NCBI GenBank assembly: GCA_963695855.1
Contig: CAVOHZ010000010.1
Coordinates: 64,001-128,000 of the forward strand
From: an uncultured Nitrososphaerales archaeon
GTDB lineage: Archaea; Thermoproteota; Nitrososphaeria; Nitrososphaerales; Nitrososphaeraceae
Reading direction: 5' to 3'
DNA length: 64,000 bases
A program made the translations under genes and the position numbers. Positions 32,606-42,583 of this stretch are shown in pieces. The notes beneath the pieces were generated by a model that made no database searches, had not been told where the DNA came from, and saw only the letters and a program-made list of their open reading frames with translations. Numbering within the stretch: the first letter of the stretch is position 1; the number at the start of each line of letters is the position of its first letter.

Positions 32606-33172
32606 ATGATACAACCATCTATAACATTAGTAGAATATTTAACACTGAAGACTGCCAATGGTCAAGTTGATAATACCATTCCTTATTTCGATAAATCTAT
32701 TCCAACTGAAAAACCAAAAATAGATGTAGATATCGAAGGAACTGATAACGATGATAAGATTAAGGGTGGTGATGGAGAAGATAAAATAGAAGGAAGACTA
32801 GGTAATGATAAATTAGCTGGGGGAACAGGTAATGATAAGATCAATGGTGGAGAAGGCCATGATACGCTGAAAGGAGAACATGACGATGATAAGAGTAAAG
32901 GCGGACTTGGAAATGATAAGCTCAATGGAGAAAGAGGTAATGACAAACTTGATGGCGGGAAAGGAGATGACATCTTGTTTGGTGGAAGGAATGATGATGA
33001 GCTTGATGGAGGTGAAGGAAATGATGAAATGATTGGCGGACCGGGATCTGATACCTTTACTTGCGATCGGTTTGATGTAATACTCGATTTTAACTCTAAC
33101 GAAGGTGATCAAGTAAATGAATCATGTTCACCAGAAAATAAAGCCAAAGCAGAAAACAATATTAATAAATGA
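32606..33172 (+). CDS. Hemolysin-type (RTX) Ca-binding repeat protein
   Basis: About 11 GGxGxDxLx nonapeptides. Confidence 0.88.
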   Translation: MIQPSITLVEYLTLKTANGQVDNTIPYFDKSIPTEKPKIDVDIEGTDNDDKIKGGDGEDKIEGRLGNDKLAGGTGNDKINGGEGHDTLKGEHDDDKSKGGLGNDKLNGERGNDKLDGGKGDDILFGGRNDDELDGGEGNDEMIGGPGSDTFTCDRFDVILDFNSNEGDQVNESCSPENKAKAENNINK

Positions 33173-33609
33173 AAAATCTGTTATGGATGTTATCAATTTT
33201 TAAAATTAGGTATATACTCAAATATACTCAATGAAAACGATATGCTTCATACAACAAATCGATATCTGTAAATTGCACTGATAATAATATTACTGGAACA
33301 AAATTTTCCGATTTATTTTGATGACTTTTTATTAATGATCAAACATAATTTTAATCTAATCGATCAGAATAACTTAGAAAATGAACATATTAAAAAATAC
33401 TTAAATGTTATAATCAAACAATGTATATCTTTTTTTAAAAACTAACTTGGAAAATTATCCAACGAGCTAAAAAGTAACAACATCTACTTATCTAAAATAA
33501 GTTTATTCAATAAGACTCAATCTTATTGACTACGAAAATTTCTATTCTCATTCTATACACTGAAAACAAACATCTATTTTAAATTCATTTTCGATATCTT
33601 TCTAATTCA

Positions 33610-34020
33610 ATGAATATCAAATATACGAATTTTATCTGGACCGTATTAATCGTTATGGGTTTAGGCTCATATTCATCTGTAAATCATGTATCTTACATAA
33701 ATGCTCAAGAGGATAAAGACCCGTTAGAAATGGTAAAGAATATTAGAAATTTATTAAATCAAACAATGACAGAATATAAAAATGCAAATTATACAGGTGC
33801 ATCTGATCTCGTAGACATAGCATATCTAGATAATTATGAATATATTGAAGACCCATTGAAAAAGCTAGATAAAGATTTAATGGAAGAAACCGAAGTATTG
33901 ATTAGGGTAGATTTTTCAAATGCAATAAATGATCAAGGTTCTATCGATAATATAAACAGCATGTATAGTAAAATTCAGGACAATCTTGATTTGATAGAGA
34001 ATCTATTCAGACAGAATTAA
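33610..34020 (+). CDS. Secreted helical-bundle protein (AYLDNYE domain as in FTR1/iron-permease-associated proteins)
   Basis: Signal peptide; ASDLVDIAYLDNYEYIEDPL...ETE..IR. Confidence 0.7.
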   Translation: MNIKYTNFIWTVLIVMGLGSYSSVNHVSYINAQEDKDPLEMVKNIRNLLNQTMTEYKNANYTGASDLVDIAYLDNYEYIEDPLKKLDKDLMEETEVLIRVDFSNAINDQGSIDNINSMYSKIQDNLDLIENLFRQN

Positions 34021-34347
34021 AAATTACTATATTCTAAATTTTAAAGCGAATTCTAATTTTTATTTTATCAGGTACATTTTATTACCCTAACGATATATTG
34101 GCAGTGAATGATTGTTAATAAATTAAAAATTATTGCAATTGATTGTAGATAACTTCACCTATGCAATTAATTAAACAATCATTGCACGGAATTATTGAAT
34201 AATCATTCTCATTTTTGATTCCAATTCCGTCGTAGAAGTGATACCAATACAATTCCTTCCTTTGTTATGTTTTACGTAAGCACCACACATTCTAAATCTG
34301 AATAATGTACCATAAAGCAAATAGAAGAATCGTATAGCATATCTAAA

Positions 34348-34530
34348 TTGTACGTAGAAAAAAATAAGATGACATTACTGTACAATATTTATCATAGTCT
34401 AGATTGTACTTTTCGTTTATGGATTAGCCATAATATCTATATATGATCTTATATGCCACGACATATCAAATAATATCACCGATACGTGTGCAAAATATGG
34501 TTTACTGGTTTCGCCTGAACTTTGGAATGA
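34348..34530 (+). pseudogene. Decayed paralog of the small TM protein at 30594-30776
   Basis: ttgtacgtagaaaaaaataag... and tgtgcaaaatatggt...cctg match the intact copy; frameshift and stop; about 50 bp of upstream sequence also conserved. Confidence 0.8.
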
Positions 34531-34645
34531 ATTTCTAGTAAATAACGCAGGTTCTCAATATCTTTTTCTTTTAAACTGGACAAGATTCTCTAAATGGAGA
34601 AATACTGGCAGATTTATTAATTGATACAGAGAGATATTTTGCCAG

Positions 34646-35662
34646 GTGTTCAATCGTTATTATCACTACAATTATTCCATTTTCATTTTTTTATTTGCAG
34701 TTTTTTCTTCAATCCAGATGTCTGTAAATGCTGAAAAAATAAACCCACCTATCGAAGATGAGATTAATATTGTAGCGGCAGGAGATTAGTACTGTAATGA
34801 AGAAACTAAAAAAACTATAGCGAATATTGTCTCTGTAAAACCAGAAATAATAATTACAACTGGAGACCATGTTAAGGAAGAAAAATCCGCAGATTGCTGG
34901 ATTAAAATGTCTAAACCAATTCATGATAAACTGTTTATAGCAATAGGAAATCATGATGCGGAATTTAAAAAAATATATAAACAGATTGTTGATCATCATG
35001 ACCTGGAAAGTCCTTATTATTCACACGATTTTCAAAATATCCATCTTATCAGTTTATCATCTGAGCATCCTTTCGAAAATGGAACTAAACAATATGAATA
35101 CATAAAAAAAGATTTAGAACAGATTTCAAAAAATCCCAAAATTGATTGGATAATGTTGCATCAGCATAAGCCTTTTTACTCTAGCAAACAAGATAAGGGT
35201 CAAGCAGAAAATTTAAGAGATACATTTTTACCATTATTTGAAAAACATGGTGTTGACCTAGTAATTTCAAGTCATAATCAGTACTATGAGAGAACATATC
35301 CTATCTGGTATAACAAACCAATAGAAATTGTAACAGATGAGCAAGTGATACCAGAACAAATAATCACTGATAAGTCAAAAACCAACTATAACAACCCTAG
35401 AGGAATCATATTCTTAACAGTTGGTACAGCAGGAGATAAACTAAACAAGGTCAGGGAGAATCATGATTATTTTATAATACAGGAAGATAAGTTTGGTTTT
35501 CTTAATATGAAATTACAAGATGACGGCAGAACTTTAATTGGAGAGTTTCGTACAAATGATGGAAAAATAATAGACCATTTTGAAATAAGCAAAAAGATAC
35601 TATTATCAAATGTAGTCGATCAAAAAAGTATACCATCATATGATGTCGATTTACAGACTTGA
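34646..35662 (+). pseudogene. Secreted purple-acid-phosphatase-like metallophosphoesterase with in-frame TAG at 34787
   Basis: GTG start and signal peptide, NIVAAGD*YC, TTGDH, GNHD, HKPFY, SHNQYYER, all in one frame. Confidence 0.85.
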
Positions 35663-35781
35663 ATATGCAACGCCATTCTAGTAATCGAAAAATGAAATAT
35701 TTCATATTATCCTCTACAAAATGTATGAATGATATTTAAGTAAGAAATGATAATTACTACTAAAACAAATAAAGAGGGTAA

Positions 35782-35824
35782 ATCTCAGATGTAGATCATA
35801 TACTTATCCATCTACATCTGAGAT
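35782..35824. repeat. Perfect 15-bp inverted repeat with 13-nt spacer
   Basis: ATCTCAGATGTAGAT-N13-ATCTACATCTGAGAT. Confidence 0.9.
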
Positions 35825-36006
35825 CATGTCGAATGACTGGGTGTAGTCTATTTACAGTGACAATGCCAACGTCTTCCAGACGTCGATATAGTTAGGTTAA
35901 CCTAATATATAATGATATATCAAATTCTAATCTTGGAAAATAAAAAGAAGTTATTAATCAATTCTTTTTTTGTTTCTTACTTTTTGGCTAAAGAATATTT
36001 GTCTTA

Positions 36007-36912
36007 GAGCCTATCGCAAAAATAGATAGGAATATAGCTCATTGGTTTCTTATCATATCTGATAATGCTTAATAAAAAGTATGGTAGAACAATCATACGC
36101 ATTCCAGATGATCTTTGGAATGAAATTTAAGATATTTTACCAGATGAGAAACCGGAGAACACTATAGATAGTCCAATTGTTCCATACAGAAAAGTCCTTG
36201 ATGGAATAATGTTTATACTAAGAACTGGATGTCAGTGGAAAATGTTACCCAAAGAATATGGTTCTGGTTCAACATGTCATAGAGGATTTCAAGAATGGGT
36301 ACAATCAGATATATTTGATAGAATCTGGACAAGATTGCTACAAATATATGATTTAACGAAGGGAATCAAATGGAACTGGCAATCACTTGACAGCATCTCT
36401 ATAAAGTCACCTTTAGGGGGGCGAGGACAGGCCATAATCCTACTACAGATAGAAGCAAATTAGGCACCAAAAGACATATTCTTACAGATAAAGATGGTAT
36501 TCCTCTCTCTACTGTTATAACATCTGCGAATACTCACGATGTTACTGTTGCAATTGATACAGTTGATAGCATTGTAATCAAAAGACCATCATCATCTCCC
36601 AAAGTAAAGCATAACCAGAAGAAACAAAATCTGTGTCTTGATAAAGCATATCATTCCAACGAAGTAGAACAAGAAATGGTCAAGAGAGAGAGGATACATT
36701 CCACATATCCGACACAGAAGAGAAGAAAAGATATTTTGTAGAAAACATCCTTTAAGACGATGGGTTGTCGAGAGAACAAATTCATGGCACAATAGATTCA
36801 GGAAATTATTTACAAGATATGAAAAAAAAGAAGGATGAGGAGAACTATCTAGGTCTTGTACAATTAGCAAATAGCATTATTATCTACAGGAGGATAATTT
36901 TGGGATAGGTTC
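36007..36912 (+). mobile_element. Decayed IS5-family (IS427/IS1031-like) element
   Basis: TIRs GAGCCTATCGCAAAA vs GAACCTATCCCAAAA (revcomp), TTA duplicated on both sides. Transposase from 36065 has IPDDLW, LRTGCQW, DSISIK, GTKRH, DKAY, RWVVERT, with a TAA at 36128 and frameshifts. Confidence 0.9.
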
Positions 36913-36969
36913 TTAGTATAAAAAATTGTATAAAAGTTAAAATATATACATCATATTTACAGAAATAAC

Positions 36970-37395
36970 ATGAAAAAAACTTTGTATTCGCTTATAGCGA
37001 GTCTAGTAGTACTTACTGTTTCTGTTCCTTCATTTGCTGGGGATTCAGTATTTGCACAAAATACAACAAAAGCCATAGGTGCATCAATGCCTTACTATCT
37101 CTTTCCAGCACATATTGAAGGAGTTGAAGAAGGAATTTTAAAAATCCCGCATCATGCTTTTTCATTGCAAACAATTGTTGCAAATAAAGGCGAGAATGTA
37201 ACTATTAAATTCTATAACACTGAAGCATATGAAGCACATACATTCACTTTAGACGCTCCATATAATATTAATAAAGATCTGATAGGAGGACAAAATTCAA
37301 CAATTAATTTTGTTGCTGATAAAGAAGGAATATTCACCTACTATTGTGTATATCATCTGCCAACTATGACAGGAAAATTGGTTGTATTACCATAA
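36970..37395 (+). CDS. Secreted cupredoxin (type 1 Cu site) protein
   Basis: Signal peptide; HTFT ... YYCVYHLPTMTG (H,C,H,M ligands). Confidence 0.9.
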   Translation: MKKTLYSLIASLVVLTVSVPSFAGDSVFAQNTTKAIGASMPYYLFPAHIEGVEEGILKIPHHAFSLQTIVANKGENVTIKFYNTEAYEAHTFTLDAPYNINKDLIGGQNSTINFVADKEGIFTYYCVYHLPTMTGKLVVLP

Positions 37396-37685
37396 CAATA
37401 ATTATTAAATTATTTTTTTAAAACCTTTAAATTTATTTTATTTAAGCTATGAGTATAAATTATAATTATTGTATGAAAGTTGGGTATAATTGAGCGCATG
37501 TATCATAGATTATATATTTGAAACATCAGTCATATAGAAATTTCTATCGTATACATATTTCACTTTGTACCTAAACATCATTTTCTATTCTTCTTATAGT
37601 CAATAATTCAGCATGATAAAATATTACGAGATTAAATAATGTTCCTTCTAACCTTAGATATATTGAAATCGTATTTAACAATGTA

Positions 37686-38384
37686 ATAGCCAATAAAAAG
37701 ATAGTTCTGGCTACTATCACCGTGATAGTAGCCGCAGGTCTACTGGCTCTAAACCCATCGATGATAGGATACGCACAAGCGCAAATGTACGACAATCAGT
37801 ACAGACACGACAATAACTATTACCAAGACGACAATAGATATAGTTATGATAAAAACGATCCAAAGAGTTCTCAAGTAGATATACAGAAAATAAATTGTGT
37901 GAACAGTAACATAAATGTCAATGGTGTAGATATTACCCAGATACCCCAAGACGATGCTGGCATAGGAGCAACAAATGAAGAAGCAGGTCCAGATGGAGCA
38001 AACACACAGAATGGCAAAGGGCTTACAGATATAATAAACTTCAAGAAGAAGCTTGTCAATATATGTGTAAATGTGAATGACAACGAAAAGGTAAAAGTTA
38101 CTCCTCCAGAAGAATAAGGAGACCAAGGATGTGAAGACTGTTTTAGGAATAATCTAGATGCAGATCAAATCGATTTACTACTGGAACGTGCAGTGATAGC
38201 ATTGCAAATCGTCAGAGGAGATATATCCCTTGAAGACCTATGCACAATACTAGATCTCATTGAAAATGGCCAAGATGAAACCCAAGCATTAAGCAGAATA
38301 ATAAATTCGATTGATGACTCCAAGACAAGCACAATACTGAATTGCTTGGTACAATTGCGATTAATTCACCCAATACAACCCTGA
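37686..38384 (+). pseudogene. Multi-copy secreted protein with C-terminal four-Cys domain; ATA at start position and in-frame TAA at 38115
   Basis: ORFs 37722-38117 and 38193-38384 share a frame; reading through gives PPEE*GDQGCEDCF...LEDLC...ILNCL; IANKKIVLA extends the signal peptide upstream. Confidence 0.82.
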
Positions 38385-38543
38385 AATCTTTTTTTCTTTT
38401 TTTTTAACATGAATAGTGTGATTAATCTATTATTACTCTAGCGCTATTGCTACCCCCAGCAATAAGATAAGTCGTAGAAGATTTTTTTCTTGCCTGATTT
38501 CTTAGTGTTGTCGTCTACGTTATAACTTTAGACAATTTAACAT

Positions 38544-39767
38544 CTATCTTTTTAGAATAATTTCTAATTCATCATCATCAAGTTTACTAGAGACAATTCT
38601 CATGTTCAGAGCAGCCAATGGCAAAGTAACAATATGGGTAATATATCTCAGGTCATGTTCTATGCTTATAATTAATTCATCATATTTTTTTTTAATGTCT
38701 AGTTGAGCATTACTTGCAAAAGGAATTTTGAACTTGATGATTATTGAATCCTCTTTTTCTTGTATAGAATAGACTTTTCCTTCAAAAAAAATGGTAGATG
38801 GATCATCATTGCCAAAAATCCCTAGACCGTGTTCTCTTAACATTTCAATACCTTGTAGCTCTTCTTTTTGATATTTTGCTTCTTTACAAGGTAAAGGAAA
38901 AAAATTTAATTTTATTTTTTCTGAGGTTATTCTCTTTGCTTCTTGATCAAAATCTACTTTATTTATTACCACAAGATCAACATTTATTCCAAATATATTT
39001 GCTGACATTAAAGAGCGTTTAGCATTTTTTACACTAAAATTATCTGGATTAGTTACTAGTCGTAAACTAGTGACCCCTTGATTGGAAATTACGCTAAATA
39101 AGTTCTCAAGGCGTTTTAGTATATCGGTTTGAGCTATGATAGAATCTAAATTGGTATTGTAAGGTGAGAATGGTTGAAACATTTTGGCGAATCCCGCAAA
39201 TAAATTACTCAATCCAGTAGTATGTCTTCTCATCGATCCAATTATTTTTGGAAGATAGAGAAAACGAAGCGCTTCTCCAGAAGCTGGCATATCAAGTATA
39301 ACGACGTCATAACTATCTTCTTTAATTACTTCTTCAATTTTAAGCAAGGAAAAAAGTTGGGTCATTCCAGGCAACATTGCTATCTCATATTCGAGATTTG
39401 ATTCGAGTCCTTTGCCAAAAAATGAGGTACTCATGGTGGAAACAATATCAAGGTATTTTTCACTGATTTCTACTATTGGATCGATTTCAATTGCCTCAAG
39501 ATTTGAAAGGACATTCTTGATCTCATACCCAATATCCACACAGAGAGCATCACTAAGTGTGTGCGCTGGATCTGCAGACATCAAAAGTGTTTTATATTTT
39601 CGTTCTGCCAAATTAATAGCAGTAGCACAAGAGGTGACAGTCTTTCCTGTTCCGCCCTTACCTGTATAGATAATCAGTCTCAACTCAATTAATTTACCAT
39701 TATCAATATTTATCTGCTTAAGTTTAAAGGTAGAAACAACAAGATAAAATATAGTTTTATTGAACAC
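38544..39767 (-). CDS. ArsA/Get3-family ATPase with C-terminal HSP20/alpha-crystallin-like domain (true start probably near 39683)
   Basis: GKGGTGKT, SADPAH, DMPASGE, VVINK; C-terminal KIPF..LDIKK..ELII..VTLP..SKL..LEI. Confidence 0.88.
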   Translation of the reverse strand: MFNKTIFYLVVSTFKLKQINIDNGKLIELRLIIYTGKGGTGKTVTSCATAINLAERKYKTLLMSADPAHTLSDALCVDIGYEIKNVLSNLEAIEIDPIVEISEKYLDIVSTMSTSFFGKGLESNLEYEIAMLPGMTQLFSLLKIEEVIKEDSYDVVILDMPASGEALRFLYLPKIIGSMRRHTTGLSNLFAGFAKMFQPFSPYNTNLDSIIAQTDILKRLENLFSVISNQGVTSLRLVTNPDNFSVKNAKRSLMSANIFGINVDLVVINKVDFDQEAKRITSEKIKLNFFPLPCKEAKYQKEELQGIEMLREHGLGIFGNDDPSTIFFEGKVYSIQEKEDSIIIKFKIPFASNAQLDIKKKYDELIISIEHDLRYITHIVTLPLAALNMRIVSSKLDDDELEIILKR

Positions 39768-40385
39768 TAGTAAAAGATCATTATAGTTATTCTTTTCGGG
39801 TATCTATTCTCAAATAGTTAACGTACCTGCCTCCTATTATGTTCCATCTCTATTAAAGCAATACTTCTATTTTGATGAATTTCATTATATTTGCATGATT
39901 TACCCTTTGAGACTACTATAAGATTTGACGGATATTTTCTTAGCTTTGTTCAACTGATTTCTTCTGTTGTTTGTGAGAATATTGGAAAGAATAGTAAATG
40001 TGATGAGATAATAAAGATAGAATTAAAAAAATAAAAAAACTGTATCGTTAACAAACCACGATACTAGAAAAACTTTGCACTATAGCCAAAAAGATCCTCA
40101 TGTTATACAGTATTATTCATCAATTACAAATCTCATAATAAAGTATCTAATTATTATCATCAAAAATATTCTACCTGTGTATTAGAATCCCTGCTTTTGG
40201 AAGGTGTCATCTAGCACAAATTAATCGGCATATATTAATATTAATATATTCACATTGAAAAATAGTATATTAATCTAATTTATCTTCAAATCTTAAATAG
40301 TAATTTCATTTTCATTTTAGTATGTAATCGTTTATTAGACGTTAGACACAATTTACCAAATCGATATCAAAATTTTGAAGATATC

Positions 40386-41276
40386 TCACTCAATTCCCGT
40401 AGAAAATTTCATAGACTCAATTTTGTCGGCCAATTTGTTCATCTCTAAACTAAATTCATGGGTAGGATTTTTTAAAACAGTTAAAAATTCTCGACTGTCA
40501 AATTGAATATCGCAGTAACATGGAATGCTGGATATTATTTCCATGTCCATTTCCTTTCTTAGTCTTGTTATTCTTTCAGATTGTTCGTAGAACAACTTAG
40601 GCAAATTGGTGTAGTCAGCCTGAAATTTTACTGCATCATCTGATGTACGACAAAAACCAGCTATTCGATTAAGTAATAGAAACGATCTAGTTCCATGGTT
40701 AGTCAAAACATCATAAATTTCTGTTACCATCCTACCAGTACATTCCATATCTATTCCATCCATCTTCAAGAACAAAATAATAACATCAGCAATCGCTAGT
40801 GAATTTATAGACCAGTATCTTATACCTGTGCTAGTATCAAGGATAATGTAATCAGTATCTTGTTTGGAAGCCATTTCCTTAATTTTAATGAATTTTCTAA
40901 GTAATTCTATCTTTGAGACATTATCTCTAAGAGCATTATCTAATTTTGTGATTTCATTTTTTGATGAATTCGAAAAGGAGACATAGAATTTTCCCCTCTG
41001 GGCTCTATTTCCAGACTGGGATGAAATAAATTGATCAAATACAGAATTAACATTATAAATCACATCGTCAAAATCTGAGGCATTGAATAGAAAGTCATTT
41101 ATCCATTTTTTTGGATCTTTGTCAAAATATGTCTGCAATGTTGGAGCATATACATCCATATCTATCAACAGAACATTGTTACCGCGCAGTACCAACAAGG
41201 CAGAGATATTGGAGGCGATTGTAGACTTCCCCGTTCCGCCTTTGTAAGAATGTAGTGCAATACATTCTTTGAGCAA
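40386..41276 (-). CDS. MinD/ParA-family ATPase
   Basis: HSYKGGTGKS, LIDMD, ILDTSTG, IPCYCD. Confidence 0.88.
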   Translation of the reverse strand: MLKECIALHSYKGGTGKSTIASNISALLVLRGNNVLLIDMDVYAPTLQTYFDKDPKKWINDFLFNASDFDDVIYNVNSVFDQFISSQSGNRAQRGKFYVSFSNSSKNEITKLDNALRDNVSKIELLRKFIKIKEMASKQDTDYIILDTSTGIRYWSINSLAIADVIILFLKMDGIDMECTGRMVTEIYDVLTNHGTRSFLLLNRIAGFCRTSDDAVKFQADYTNLPKLFYEQSERITRLRKEMDMEIISSIPCYCDIQFDSREFLTVLKNPTHEFSLEMNKLADKIESMKFSTGIE

Positions 41277-41335
41277 TTCATATAAACTAAATACTTTATT
41301 ATATTTATTTTTTTATGATTATAATCAAAGTTATA

Positions 41336-42058
41336 GGCTGTGTTAACTTAAGACTGTTTCACCTCCAATTTTGAATACAATATTGTTTCTGATTTTTGCG
41401 TTATACAGATAAACAAATAATTTGATCCAATTGTATACATGCTGTAGATCACAATTATTCTTACTCTTAACAAAACATGGATAGTAATCATCAAAACATT
41501 CTGTTCTATCCTTGAAATACTGCATTACTCTTTCGATAAGGCTCTTCTCTAAAGGTGAATGCAACCTATGTTTCAGATTTAAAAAGTTGCATGCTTGTGG
41601 ATACCATGTACCTCCATCTGTGTATACAGTATGTTTTCCATACCTTGATACAAGCGATCTGATAAAATTTTCTGCTACAAACATGTTTCTCTCTTCTGAA
41701 ATATAGATTCCAAGTACAGATTTGTCAATTGGTTCAATACAGATCCACAACCAAAAATGTTGATTACCAATCTGAATTATAGTTTCATCTATGATGAACG
41801 CTGATACTCTTTTTCTCTTGTAAATCTGCAATGAACCAAACCGTTGAATCCATTTCCAAACAGCAACATAACTCCTTTTTTGGTCCTTAAACAGTTCCAA
41901 TGCTTTGGATGTATTTCGTAGACTGAGACCAAGAAAGTACAAATAAAGAGAATACATTACTATACATGTGGATGTTCTATTTCTGACAAATCTTAACAAC
42001 ATATGTTGTTAGAATAGAACCTTCACAGCTGTAGCTCTTTCCTTAAGTTAACAGGACC
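41336..42058 (-). mobile_element. IS6-family insertion sequence with 8-bp TSD
   Basis: TIRs GGCTGTGTTAACTTAAG / GGTCCTGTTAACTTAAG (revcomp); AAGTTATA at 41328-41335 and 42059-42066. Confidence 0.95.
41343..42002 (-). CDS. IS6-family DDE transposase
   Basis: GLSLRN, IDET, YTDGGTWY, IERVMQYFKDRTE. Confidence 0.93.
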   Translation of the reverse strand: MLLRFVRNRTSTCIVMYSLYLYFLGLSLRNTSKALELFKDQKRSYVAVWKWIQRFGSLQIYKRKRVSAFIIDETIIQIGNQHFWLWICIEPIDKSVLGIYISEERNMFVAENFIRSLVSRYGKHTVYTDGGTWYPQACNFLNLKHRLHSPLEKSLIERVMQYFKDRTECFDDYYPCFVKSKNNCDLQHVYNWIKLFVYLYNAKIRNNIVFKIGGETVLS

Positions 42059-42583
42059 AAGTTATATATTGCATATTTTTGATTAACCTACTAAACATTA
42101 TGATATTTTATTTTAATCAACAAGACAAATTATTTGGTGAATATAATTAAAATATTAACTTTTTTCATTCTATAAATAACTTGCTTTAACTCTTTATTCT
42201 ATCTAATGGATTTTTTGCTCATGCTAAATTTTGTTCTCAATTTTTGCATCTTTGCGTCCGCATTAAATGATCTGCTTACACAACAAAAAATTGTTATGTC
42301 TTAAATTTTGATTTATTATTGAAAACTTCAAGAAACTTCATAAAGATACCGGTCTTTAGAGAAATTCATTCATTTCAATATAATTTTAAAGGGATGAACA
42401 ATCTAAAGTAGTAAATCTGAATATTTTAATTAAAAATAAATGGATAGCAAAGATAGTATTGATGATTATTATGTTTTATAATATATGAATTTAAAATTTA
42501 TCTAAAATTATGAATATTAAAAATTAAGACTATTGAAAAAATAAATATAAAAGATTTTTGGGGTTATTTTACCCCTAGTTGTG

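Noticed and set aside
34787-34789. In-frame TAG as pyrrolysine recoding
   Set aside because: Single-step change from the expected TGG; no pyl genes in the window and none known to me in this lineage.
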